DNA of 64,000 bases from Paraspadella gotoi (GCA_051294375.1 CM119267.1:6670757-6734756), one strand, 5' to 3'; numbered from the stretch's first letter, positions 28,351-40,641 are shown. Numbers and translations: made by a program. The notes: a model not told the origin generated them from the letters alone.

Positions 28351-28907
28351 TGAGACAAAATGAGAATTAGAGAGTGTGAACAGAAAGGAATAAGAGTGAA
28401 TTAGGGAAAACTTACTAATAATTTTTGCCGATAGTCAAGTCAAGTCGACAAGTTTAACATGAAACAGAATTTTCAATGTGTGGGACTGCAAAGACATTGT
28501 TGTGTTTACATGTATTTCGACATGATGATGTGATTAGCCAAGTCGGAATCTTATAGCCAACAAGCGTCTCATAGCTGACCAGTGACGACCTATCTGTAAA
28601 GCATTAACTAAAAAATCATTTTTTGTGAAGTACATGTATTGTGCATTGACTTATCAGTGATCACTTATCACGAAACTATATTTCTGTGGCCACCTAGAAG
28701 AAACCTTTGTTCTCAATCATCGTCCCTCAAGATGTCGCCCCGATTGTTCCCTTTTGTTCTTTGACCCTTTTCTTTAGTTCAAATCTTAACTGAAGATTTC
28801 ATACTGATTTCAGCCGTGCCACATTTCTACGTGTCCTCAGCAAAATTGCCGTTTCTAAGGTCGCAATATTTGTAATTCAATTTTCAAACTTAAGTTAGTA
28901 CACGGAA

Positions 28908-28913
28908 TTTATT
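28908..28913 (-). promoter_or_regulatory. Candidate AATAAA polyadenylation signal of the kinase-KEN gene
   Basis: tttatt on plus strand ~150 bp downstream of the stop codon; common motif in AT-rich DNA, so weak. Confidence 0.3.
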
Positions 28914-29060
28914 AATCGTTCAAAAAATCTAATCCCATAATCCAATAATCGAAAATAGTTCAATACACAAAAAAGCAAAAAAAAAAAAAAAAAGAAAAAA
29001 TATTGCCATTTACTGTGACCGAAACTTTTGCATTTCTCGTTCTTTGTTGCGCAATTCCTT

Positions 29061-31097
29061 TCAAAGAAAAACAGAAGGACTTATTTCTTTTAGTGATTCC
29101 TCCTCTTCTTCAAGACGAATCTTCTCTCCTGAAATCTTTCTCTCAGATATTTTCATGGAGCTTGGGGAATTTTCAAGTTTTCCCCTCGATTCGCGGATTT
29201 CCCTGTCGTCCTTCATTTCCGATCTTGCGACGACCGTTTCCAATTCTTTCTTGCTCGTCTTCCCCTTCTCCAAGCCCTTCTTTTCCACCGCCTGGAACTC
29301 CTTGTCGATCCTGCGCTTTGAAAACCTTTCAGGATTTTCAAGATGATCGAGCAAGTCGAGGAGAGACACGGCTTTCAAGAGCGGGAGCATCTCTTCCTTC
29401 AGCCTTTCTATTTTGACCGAGGATTCCGCGTCTTCGATTCCAACGTCCTCTAGTCCGAGACTGCACTTCTTGATCTTACCCTTGGAGTAGTTGTGGCTCG
29501 CTTTCAACTTTTGCATTTCTCGTTCTTTGTTGCGCAATTCCTTTCTGTACTTATCGGCCGTGTCTTTTAAGGGTTGCAAATTGAATTCCAGAAGCTTCAG
29601 GGGCTTATCGATATCCTTTTTGAATTGATCGAAAAATTTTCCAAAATCGTCGGCACTCATTTCCACCGCTGAACCACCTTCAAACTGTAGGTGGACCTCT
29701 CCATGCATTTTTTCAAAATTCTCAATCGACTTTCGCTTCAACTCTTTTCGTTCTTCGTAGGCCTCGACGCATTTTTCAGAAAAATCTTGGGCGAATTCCA
29801 ACTCGGGAAAATTGCGCTTGGCGAACCACAGAATGTGCAAGATGAGCGACGGGGTGTTCTTCAAAATTTGCTGGAGCGCATCGGCCTTTGAGGTGGACTC
29901 CGATTTAAAATGTTTGCTGTGCTCGTCCCAGTGGATCAGCAGATTACGACAATAGCGAATGTATCCGACCAAGGTGGGAGGATACTTAGATTTTTTGTAG
30001 ACTTCCTCCAAGGTAAAGTTCTTCCATTTCTCTTCGAAAACCATGAAGAACGATTCATTGAGTTTGTTCAAAATTCTCTGGGCCTCGTCCCCACGTCCCA
30101 GGGCCACTATGTGCAAATTAAAGGCGTTGATCGCGCCTATCACGGTTTCCGCTTCCCAAAAAAACGGATGTTTCTCCGCCTCCCAAATATCTATCCTCTT
30201 CTTGGGTTCGAATTGAGTCATGCTGCTGACCAGATTTCTTCCGAGCTCGTCGATATCCGCCACCATCAATTGATTCCGTTCGTTGTTGTTCATGTTGCAG
30301 ACGGTCTCGCACAGCTTGTTCCCTTGGAACAAGTGTCGGCGTTCTCGGTCCAACGCTTTAAAGATGACGATGCCCAAGGCGTAGACATCGGCCGAAGCGA
30401 AGTCTCCTATCTTCACCGTCGAATTATTTCGCTTGAGTTCGTCGATCTCAGGCGCCTTGTAAAGGTCGGTGAAGATTTTTCCCGTGGAAATGTTGTAAAT
30501 TGTCTCGTCGGTATCCATCCTTTTGGTGGAGTCGAAATCCGCCAGCTTGACGGCGAATCTATCTCCACGCTTTAGCCTCTTGAGCAGAAAGTTGCCGGGT
30601 TTGAGGTCGCGATGCGCGACTCGATCGTTCGCTTCGTTAGTTTTGGAGTGAATGTAGGCGACGGGTCGAACCAATTGCTGGACCAACTCCTTCTCCGTCA
30701 GCTTTTTCAACACCTCTTTGCTAAAATTCTGGCCGTCGCGGGTTTTAGGCTCCAGCACGTCGTCCAGCGACCCGTCGGCACGCTCCATGAGGAGCTTGAA
30801 GGTGAAAGAGTCGTCCTCCTTCACGTGACACGTTCTGCAGCCATAGAATTGGATGACGCCGTCGTGATCCTGCAGGGATCGGTGAATCTTGGCGCAGTCG
30901 ACGAGGCGATCGATGTCCTTTTGATCGCATCCACGAGTTACCTTGACGACGACGTTTTGCTCGCCACAGTCGTCCTTCAAGGTGGCGGGGTGGACGGAGA
31001 TCAGCTTCCCGACTCGCCGATCGATGCGAGCCGCGTCGGAATAATCGATCCCGACTTGGAACAATCCTCCCGTGAGCGTTTTCATTTTGGAAGACAT
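29061..31097 (-). CDS. IRE1/RNase L-like protein: kinase(-like) domain + KEN endoribonuclease domain + C-terminal charged/coiled-coil tail; apparently single exon, 678 aa from first ATG
   Basis: Only long non-repetitive ORF in the window; GC3-rich codons in AT-rich surroundings. Kinase motifs VVVK, HRDLKPGN (30591-30614), KLADFD (DFD 30531-30539), YKAPE, ADVYALG. Then HPFFW (30156-30170), EKW, YPPTLVGYIRYCRNLLIHWDE and NTPSLILHIL, which align by eye with RNase L [29 protein letters not shown] and TFPDLVIYVY. The ORF track starts at a TTG (31124) directly after an in-frame TGA; the first ATG is at 31097. Confidence 0.88.
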   Translation of the reverse strand: MSSKMKTLTGGLFQVGIDYSDAARIDRRVGKLISVHPATLKDDCGEQNVVVKVTRGCDQKDIDRLVDCAKIHRSLQDHDGVIQFYGCRTCHVKEDDSFTFKLLMERADGSLDDVLEPKTRDGQNFSKEVLKKLTEKELVQQLVRPVAYIHSKTNEANDRVAHRDLKPGNFLLKRLKRGDRFAVKLADFDSTKRMDTDETIYNISTGKIFTDLYKAPEIDELKRNNSTVKIGDFASADVYALGIVIFKALDRERRHLFQGNKLCETVCNMNNNERNQLMVADIDELGRNLVSSMTQFEPKKRIDIWEAEKHPFFWEAETVIGAINAFNLHIVALGRGDEAQRILNKLNESFFMVFEEKWKNFTLEEVYKKSKYPPTLVGYIRYCRNLLIHWDEHSKHFKSESTSKADALQQILKNTPSLILHILWFAKRNFPELEFAQDFSEKCVEAYEERKELKRKSIENFEKMHGEVHLQFEGGSAVEMSADDFGKFFDQFKKDIDKPLKLLEFNLQPLKDTADKYRKELRNKEREMQKLKASHNYSKGKIKKCSLGLEDVGIEDAESSVKIERLKEEMLPLLKAVSLLDLLDHLENPERFSKRRIDKEFQAVEKKGLEKGKTSKKELETVVARSEMKDDREIRESRGKLENSPSSMKISERKISGEKIRLEEEEESLKEISPSVFL

Positions 31098-31295
31098 TTC
31101 GTAGTTTTTCAACGTTTTTGTCAATCAATGTAAATTTTTTTTTTCCGTTACAAGAAATGAACTGAGCCCGTGGCACCTTGTCTTTCTTCTTTTTTTTTCC
31201 CCCCCGAAATTGGCGGTTTCAAGACTATCTCTCTCTCGCTCTCTCTCTCTCGCTCTCTCTCTCTCTCACTCTCTCTCTCTCTCTCTCTCTCTCTT

Positions 31296-31355
<60 letters not shown>

Positions 31356-32509
31356 CCTTTACCTACATTTAAACAGGTACCTGAAAAAAATTACTTGGCT
31401 AATGGTGAATTACCTTATATTTAAAAGTGGAGCACTCAAGAACAAAAAAATTATTTGAATGATAAAATATATTTATAGTAATATTCTTATAAAATAGTAA
31501 ATTTTAAAAATAATTTTATAATAAAATAGTAAAATAGTATGTCTTAAAAATAATTTTATAATAAAGATTCAGATTCTTCATAAGAAAATTGAATTAAAAA
31601 TATAACATGTTATCAAAAATTCTGTTATCTTCAGCATTTAAAAAGGGAAAAAAGGTGAACATTCTTGATTTTTTTTATTTTCTTAGACTTATATATGTTA
31701 AAACGTTTTAGTCATTTTTTTGGATCCAAACATTAAAATATCATATAACATATTTTATAAAAGTTTCTTAGTTTTTTATGGCGAATCCAAATCTGTTTAA
31801 AAAAAAAATTATTTTGAAAATTCAAAAATGCCAACGATTCAACGAATGTTAGATAGCCTAGTTGTTTTTATTTTAAAGCGAAATGCTATTATTTGTTTCA
31901 TCATCGGACAAATAATAATTATAATATAGTATTGTAAGTTAGTTTTGTGCAGAAAGTAAATTAACCAATTTTAAATTTATCCTAAATTTCATGACTTGCA
32001 GAAATTCATGTCTTAAAACTCACCCTCAAACGAGGGGGCGAAAATGGATAAACCGGTATTTATAATGAAATAAAAACTTGGTTTAAAAAAAAAAGTAAAG
32101 TAAACCGGTACTTTAAAATGAGACAAACGATAAAGAATAAAAGTCGGTACAAACAGTCGGTCTGTCGACGTCTCCCATTTATCCCAGCGACGGTGAACGA
32201 GATTCGTCCATCTGTTTGTTTAATCCTCGTCTGGCTCGTTTCCCTGGCGACCGTATGTCACGTTCCGTTCTCTCCTATTTTGTCAGGATCAATTTTTATT
32301 CATTTTTTCGCACTCTCGACTCTCTCACTCTCTATCGCGACTGTCTCTCTCTTTCTTTTTCAGTTAATTTTCCATTTTAACCTTTTCCCGCGCTGTTTTG
32401 AACCTACTCTAGCGTTCGGAGGTAGGGAGGAAAAAGTGTGAATAAAGTTTTAAACCGTTTTAAATAGTCGACCAAATAAGCAAATATACATATTCGCGAA
32501 AACCAACTA

Positions 32510-33039
32510 TTGAAATGTAACAAACAAGTAACAGCTTCCATATTAATGTCAAGATATGGAATGCTTGAGTGTGGCAAGAACTATAATTCTACAATAAATC
32601 AAATCTGTGAAAAATGCAACAAGGAAGATGATGAAGAACATAGACTAAATTATTGTCCTAAATGGAATCATTTAAACTTTATGCGCAATCTTGATAAAAA
32701 ACCTTTTTCTGATATATACTTAAATAACATAGAAAAACTAAAGCATATCATGATTCGGATAGAGAGAGTGTGGATCGTTAAAAAAGGAACGGGATCTATG
32801 TGTAAACACTGAAATTGTAAACTATGTATAAATTGTATATAGTTAGTCCACTTTGTAACTTTTTTGCTAATTTATCTACATTTCTTTAAAATGTGTACAT
32901 ACATATATACATATATATACATATATATGTATAATGTATATACATATATACATATATATATTATATATGTACAGCTCATTAACAATTGCATTGTTACTGC
33001 TGTTTAAATTTTCACATTTTGAGCTTAATAAATCAAATC

Positions 33040-33045
<6 letters not shown>
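32510..33045 (+). mobile_element. 5'-truncated non-LTR retrotransposon (LINE) 3' end: ORF2 C-terminal CCHC finger, 3'UTR and short-repeat tail
   Basis: ORF 32510-32812 contains SRYGMLECGKNY...CEKCNKEDDEEHRLNYCPKW (C-x2-C-x7-H-x4-C), typical of LINE ORF2 C-termini. Ends with AATAAA (33027) merging into an (ATCAA)n-like tail and then (TC)n. Confidence 0.7.
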
Positions 33046-33125
<80 letters not shown>

Positions 33126-33219
33126 CCCATCTCTAACTCATATCTCTCCGTCTTTGCGATTTATTCCGCTCATTCTCGTGTCTCATTTTTTAATTTGGTA
33201 TCGATCTTTCTCATTTTGC

Positions 33220-33296
<77 letters not shown>

Positions 33297-34919
33297 TCTC
33301 TCTCTCCCTAATTTTTTCCATTAATCGATTTTAGATGACCATCCAACTCCAGTTTCGAATCTGGAAGCATCAGTTTTATTTTCATTTGAGGAAATTGTAC
33401 AATATGTTTTCCCGAAAATAATATCTCCCTGCATCAAGTGGCACCTGTTTTTGTTGGATTCTTTGCCACGAAATGTGACATATTATGCATCCGCTTAGCC
33501 TCTGGTCCTGCGATGTGTAGTATCTTTTTTTAAGTCAATATCTAACACTACGAATACTTTTTGAAGGATGTAATCCTTTTTTTATTATCTACATTAATTA
33601 ATAAAATTCTTAATTTCAGAGACCAGAAAAAGAGAAGAGAGGAAAAAAGGAGAGAACAAGAAGGAAAAGAACAGAAAAAAGATTAAGACAGAAAGATAGA
33701 AAAAGAAACTAAAAGGTGAAAGAGTAAAGTAAAGCGGAAAATGAGGAGGAGGAGGAGGAGGAGGAGGAGGAGGAAGGAGGAAAACGAATGACGAGGTGAG
33801 AAGAGAGAAAAAAAAATATGATCGTCGTGAAAAATTGGTGTCGGATATCGTAATTCGATTGACGATTTGCAGACGACAAAGATTGAGCGAAAAACGACGA
33901 AAGGGAGAAAAAAAAAGAGAGAAAAAAAAAAAGAAAGAAAAAAGACATGACGAACTTTGGGCGTAAAAATATACGATCATAATCGAATCCAGATTCTTGT
34001 AAGGTTAAAAATGTAGTTGTAAAAGTAATACTATACAAGTATCTAACAATAAAATCACTCTCGCCATTCCAAAATATCAACTGGTAAATTAGCCTGTTAT
34101 TTAACTTAGTTCTTGAATAAATGAAACTAACATTTTATAGATGTATGATATAATCTAACATAGTAGATTTTTATAGAATTAATCGTATAGCTTAAAAAGA
34201 TATTTTTACTATATCTAAGAACCTGGGAGAAGCTTAAAGAACTGGTCGTAATGCTGGTTTAAAGTAAAACCTAACAATTAATTAAATAGAAATTAAATTA
34301 AATTAATTAAAGCACGTCCAAAATTAGAAAGATCGTCAATGGAAGAGCGCCATCTCTGTCCTTCCTCTCGATTCAATTTTTTTTTGGGGGAAAAATCAAA
34401 TTTTTGTTTATTTTTATTTTTTTTATTTTTATTTTTGTGGTAAAAATTGATGAAAAATAAAAACAAAAACTTTGGAATTCCTTCGGGGATTCCTTCGGGG
34501 ATTCCAAACAATACGACGCCACTAAAAACGTTTCCCCCGGGGCAGATAAAAAAAGCGGAAAGAGAGAGAGAGAGTGGGTAGAAAAGAGCGAGAGCGAGAG
34601 CAAGAGAGAGAGAGATAAAGAGAGCGAGAGATAGAGATATATTGGGAGATCGCTTTCTTTTTCTTTTGAATTCTTTTTACTTCTGATCTCGATCTCGCAT
34701 CCCAGGCAAAGAATCCATTTTAAGTTCAGGACATAAACGTAGAGAATGAAAAAGTTTAGGGGCGAAAGTGAAGTCAGGTCGAGAGTGGCGGGAAAAATGG
34801 CAAAGGCATGATTTAGACAAATGGGGGCCAAAAAAAAGAGCATAGTCAAAGGAAAACTTAACGGAGCGCATGGCATGAAGAAGGAAAAAGGAGGAAAGCT
34901 GAAAAAACATGGAAGCCAT

Positions 34920-35077
34920 GATGGAGAGAGGAGATTCAGAGTGATGCAGGAGAGATGGCTGGAGAAAGATGATGGAGAAAGGAGATTCAGGGTGATGCAG
35001 GAAAGATGGCTGGAAAAAGACGATGGAGAAAGGAGATTTAGAGTGATGCGGGAGAGATTGCTGGAGAAAGATGATGG
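34920..35077. repeat. 51-bp minisatellite x3
   Basis: gatggagaaaggagattcagagtgatgcaggagagatggctggagaaagat repeated. Confidence 0.88.
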
Positions 35078-36226
35078 GAAAATGTGCTGGAGTTTGTAAT
35101 TGAAACGTTGATTGATATTTGTTGAGAAAGAAAAAAGCAAAGTACATTTTAAAAAATTAAAGAATAAACTTTAAAAAAAAAGAGAGCCACAAAAGTAAAC
35201 ATGAAAATCCACAACCCACAACACTATAAATATTCGATTAACTCGGTCGATTTCTCCATCTTTCACTATCCCTCTTTTCTCCCTCCCTCTTTCTCTCTCT
35301 CTCTCGCTCACAATCAAAAATTCAGCTTCAGTTGGAAAACATTTTCGACCTGGTGCCGTCGTCGTCGTCATTGTCGTCGTCGTCTCGATCGTCCTCGGAC
35401 TCGTCGCTCGTTTCGTCGTAGAACTCGTCGTTCTTTTAGTCATCGTTGTCGTCGTCGTCTTCGTCGTCGCCCTCGTTCCGCTCGCGTAACGCCTTCTGGC
35501 GTCGTCGTCGTCGATGTCGTCGTGGCCGCAAAAACTCTGGCATTTTCCTTCTCGGTTCGGGACGCCGTTGTTTTCTCTAGCGACGTCGTCGTCGTCGTCG
35601 TCGTCGACGTTTTGGTTAAAAATAATTTCAGATTTTCGGGAAAAAAATCCTAAACAAAAATTCGTCTTAATTATTTCGCGATGAAACAATTTTTCTTCCG
35701 TGGTTTCTCGTTTTCGTTCGTTCGTTCGTTCGTTCGTTCGTTCGTTCGTTCGTTTCTTTGTTCGTTCGTCCTTCGGGATTCAATTTGTCCGTCCGTTTGG
35801 TTATTCTTTTGTATCAACCATTATTCATTGTTTGTTCTCTCGTATTAAAAAGTAAAAACCTCCAATTTTTTTAGTTGAAGTTTTGGTGACAACAACGATA
35901 ACAACAACAACAACAACCTTAACGACTCTTGAACTTACCTAAGGTCAGAAAGTTAACCGACCTACTTACACTCTTTGATTCGTTTTGATTCGTATTTTTA
36001 TTTATACTATTGTCTTCTCTCTATTTGTTATCGTCGTTTTCATCTCTCTGAAAATGATTTTGACCATTACATGTTGTAAATATTTTCGTGAAACGTCTTC
36101 TTATTTTTTTTTATTCAAATTCCTGTAAAAGTCATTTACAAAAATGTTTTGATTTTTATTTATTCTTACTTTCATCTTCGATTTGGGTCTGTCTTTCTTT
36201 CTAAATTTTGTGTCTCTTCTTTCCAC

Positions 36227-36265
<39 letters not shown>

Positions 36266-36689
36266 TTCTTTCTTTCTTTTCTTTCTTTCTTTCTTTTCTT
36301 TCTTTCTATCTCTCTTTCTTTGCTCATATATTTCTCATCTAACCTTCTTGAACTTCCACTGACTCTTCCGAATTCAGTCAACCTTTAAAGAAGCCTCTTC
36401 GATATAATATTGTCTTTTTCATATCTTTTTTCTTCCTTTTATTTTTTTTTCCTCATTTATATATTTATTTTCATCTCGTTTTCTTAGAGAGAAATATGGA
36501 CTGGCGAGCACCCGCGCCCGTCACGCTATAGCAATTTTTCTGCCCCCCCCTCTTCTCCCCCTCTTGTTCCCAAAAATATGATTTTCCAGGAAGAGAGAAA
36601 AAAGAGATTTTTTCGTTCCAAATGAAATCTACTTTTTTTTTTTCTTTCCGCTTTATTTTCTATGAGATTCGGTTATGTTCGTTATGCTT

Positions 36690-36744
<55 letters not shown>

Positions 36745-36869
36745 CTCTCTTTTTATTTTTTTCCTTCTTTCCTTTCCCACAAATAGACTTATGTTTATTT
36801 CCTTGAACATTTTCTGCTCAGGAGACCGTATTTACTCGATAACCTCATTCGCCAATTTTCTCCAAATTT

Positions 36870-36933
<64 letters not shown>

Positions 36934-37486
36934 ACGCACACACACTTTTCTCTCTCACGTTTTCTCTCTTTCACAGAAGACTCTCTTCGCTCTGATTCTT
37001 TAATGCTACGTATTATCTCTTCAGTATTCTTATACGTCTTCCTATTTATCTACTATTCGTAAGTATAACAATACGTATTTATCTTCATATATTGACACAA
37101 CGCTACATGTTCCTGTATTTTTTCTGATAAGTGGAGTTATGCTTTTTTTGTTAAACTGGATGCTGTCATTTCTAACTAAAAAAAAACTCGATATTTTTTT
37201 CACTTTTTTCAACTCGGTTGTTACATTTCATCTTCTTGTGACATCTGCTAACGAGGCCTAGTATTCTACCAACTTAATTTTTCTTGGATTCAATTTTGTT
37301 TATAACTTTTCAATTTCACAAATGGAGTCAACTCTCTTTTATCCGTTTCATTTTCTTTTGTATCGTAATTTCTCTTTTTCTTTTTCTTCTCTTTTCTATT
37401 TCAATTTCCAAACTTTTTTCTCGATCCCACTTTACCTGAACTATTGTTTTTATCCCGTCGGTAAATTCCATTAGTGCTCGACTCCG

Positions 37487-37555
<69 letters not shown>

Positions 37556-37712
37556 TTTCCAAGAGTCGAGCCCAGGACTTTTTTCAAACATTTTCTTTTT
37601 CACTCTCATCTCTATAACAGTTTCTGGCCCATTTATGGAGGTTTAAACCCTATTGTTATCGCGGTCCTTCGCTCCTTCACCCCTTCTGCTTCTTCTCTCT
37701 CTCACTCTTTCT

Positions 37713-37796
<84 letters not shown>

Positions 37797-38259
37797 TCAC
37801 TCACACTCGCTCACTCCCACGCCCCTTCATCCCGATCACCGCCTTGGTGATTCTCGTTTGCATAATTCATTCCGGTCGCCCGTCGTCGTCGTCGTCGTCG
37901 TCGTCTTCGGTTATCGTCGTCGTCGTTGTGAACGTCTTCGTCATTCACATCTCGACATCACTATGTCGTCGTTTTTATTTGTTGTCATCGGAGTATTAAT
38001 AGTTGTTGTGATCTTTGCTTTGCTCGATTATTGTTCGACCTCATTGCCAGCCATATTCGGCCATTTTATCCAAAAGCACCCCAATTCAACTGAACTTAAG
38101 AATTAAGTTAATTTTTAGTTATAATGTTTAGGTAAGGGTTTAATTAACATCGTCGTCGTCTTCATTTTCGTCGTAGTCATCGTCGTGATCCTCATGGCGA
38201 CGAAATTCCAAATTCCCATTTAAAAAAAAAAAACTTTGTAAAAAATACTATAAATTTAC

Positions 38260-38596
38260 AACAAGAACGGTAATTTCAATGTTCTTTTCGCCTGTGTATT
38301 TATGACATGCACTGCATCGAAATTCCGTCTTTTATACCTAAGAGTTTTAGGAATTCCTGAAGGCAGCGCTAGCAGTCCCTTAGAATTGAGGTTTTTTCTG
38401 TCTCAACAAATGAGCATCCAGCTATAGGCAAATTATATCCATTTTTAATGTAAGTGGGACAGACCGACGGACATGACAGACTTACCTGTTGGACATAACC
38501 CCGCTCATCATACAAACCAACCGACGGACCGACCGACAGACCGACCGACCGAAAATGACTGAAAGAGTTGCTCCGCGAGTACTCGCGGCGCAACTA
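38260..38596 (-). mobile_element. ~340-bp HINE/DINE-1-like element, family B
   Basis: 30-bp near-perfect terminal palindrome agttgcgccgcgagtactcgcggagcaact (minus-strand reading), (GTCG/GTCT)n microsatellite, and terminal stem-loop aagaac...gttctt followed by TGTT. Homologous copies at 55473 and 63729. Confidence 0.7.
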
Positions 38597-38813
38597 CAAA
38601 ATCCCGAGCTCAGTTTCCAAATAACGAGGTCTTAAGGGAAAAAAGAAAAAAAANNNNNNNNNNNNNNNNNNNNNNNNNTTTTAACACGACGACGACAACA
38701 ACAACCGATGACAACGACGGCAATGAATTTTTCACCAGCGGTTTAAAAACGCTTTAATTTTTTTTTCTTTTTTCCCTTAGACCTCGTTATTTGGAAACTG
38801 AGCTCGGGATTTG

Positions 38814-39147
38814 TAGTTGCGCCGCGAGTACTCGCGGAGCAACTCTTCAGTCATTTTCGGTCGGTCGGTCTGTCGGTCGGTCCGTCGTTGGTTTGTATGA
38901 TGAGCGGGGTATGTCAAAACAGTAAAGTCTGTTCATGTCCGTCGGTCTGTCCCACTTACATTAAAAATGGATATAATTTGCCTATAGCTGGATGCTCATG
39001 TTGTTGAGACAGAAAAAAACCTCAATTCTAAGGGACTGCTAGCGCTGCCTTAGGAATTCCTAAAACTCTTAGGTATAAAAGACGGAATTCGATGCAGTCA
39101 TGTCATAAATACACAGGCGAAAAGAACATGAAATTACAGTTCTTGTT
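38814..39147 (+). mobile_element. Mirror copy of family-B element inside the inverted duplication
   Basis: Reverse complement of 38260-38596. Confidence 0.65.
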
Positions 39148-39595
39148 GTAAATTTATAGTATTTTTACAAAGTTTTTTTTAAATGGAATTTGGAATTCGT
39201 CGCCATGAGGATCACGACGATGACTACGACGAAAATGAAGACGACGACGATGTTATTAAACCCTTACCTAAACATATAACTAAAATTAACTTAATTCTGA
39301 GTTCAGTTGAATTGGGGTGCTTTTGGATAAAATGGCCGAATATGGCTGGCATGAGGACGAACAATAATGAGCAAAGCAAAGATCACAACAACTATTTATA
39401 CTCCGATGACAACAAATAAAAACGAAGACATAGTGATGTCGAGATGTGAATGACGAAGACGTCACAACGACGACGACGATAACCGAAGACGACGACGACG
39501 ACGACGACGACGGGCGACCGGAATGATTATGCAAACGAGAATCACCAAGGCGGTGATCGGGATGAAGGGGCGTGGGAGTGAGCGAGTGTGAGTGA

Positions 39596-39662
<67 letters not shown>

Positions 39663-39807
39663 GAGGTAGAGAGAGAAGACAGATGGGGAAGGAGCGGACC
39701 GCGATAACAATAGGTTTAAAACCTCCATAAATGGGCCAGAAACTGTATAGAGATGAGAGTGAAAAAGAAAATGTGAAAAAAGTCCTGGGCTCGACTCTTG
39801 AAAAACG

Positions 39808-39838
<31 letters not shown>

Positions 39839-40417
39839 GAGAGAGAGAGGAGAGAGAGAGCTCGGCACTAATGGAATTTACCGACGGGATAAAAACAATA
39901 GTTCAAGGTAAAGTGGGATCGAGAAAAAGTTTGGAAATTAAATAGAAAAGAGAAGAAAAGAAAAAGAGAAATTACGATACAAAAGAAAATGAAAAGGGAT
40001 AAAAGAGAGTTGACTCATTTGTGAAATTGAAAAAGTTATAAACAAAATTGAATCAAGAAAAATTAAGTGGTAGAATACTAGGCCTCGCTTAGCAGATGTC
40101 ACACAGAAGATGAAATGTAACAAACGAGTTGAAAAAGAGTGAAAAAAATATCGAGTTTTTTTTTTTAGTTAGAAATGACAGCAATCCAGTTTAACAAAAA
40201 AAGCATACTCCACTTATCAGAAAAAATACAGGAACATGTAGCGTTAGTGTTCCAATATATGAAGATAATACGTATGTTATACTACGAATAGTAGATAAAT
40301 AGGAGACGTATAAGATACTGAAGAGATAATACGTAGCATTATAAGAATCAGAGCGAAGAGAGTCTTCTGGTGAAAGAGAGAAAACGTGAGAGAGAAAAGT
40401 GTGTGTGCGTGAGAGAA

Positions 40418-40469
<52 letters not shown>

Positions 40470-40610
40470 GAGAAATTTGGAGAAAATTGGCGAATGAGGT
40501 TATCGAGTAAATACGGTCTCCTGAGCAAAAATGTTCAAGGAAATAAACATAAGTCTATTTGTGGGAAAGGAAGAAGGAAAAAAATAAAAAGAGAGGAGAG
40601 AGAGAAGGAG

Positions 40611-40641
<31 letters not shown>

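Larger units (their letters stand above)
29401..38653. repeat. Left arm of ~9.2-kb inverted duplication
   Basis: Landmarks recur reverse-complemented in 38759-47969 (e.g. gactggcgagcacccgcgcccgtcacgctatagc ~36500 vs ~40801; (TTCG)n ~35713 vs (CGAA)n ~41550; the LINE end; the kinase ORF). Confidence 0.95.

Noticed and set aside
28968-29000. A-rich tract as retrogene poly(A) of the kinase gene
   Set aside because: Wrong strand: it reads as poly(T) on the gene's sense strand.
29003-31176. Plus-strand and alternate-frame ORFs overlapping the kinase gene (e.g. 29910-30575, 30612-31133)
   Set aside because: Antisense or shadow frames of a GC3-rich real CDS.
38679-38758. Sequencing-adapter remnant at the palindrome centre
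   Set aside because: The acaacaacaac run resembles ordinary local (GAC/AAC)n repeats and does not match an adapter sequence I can confirm.
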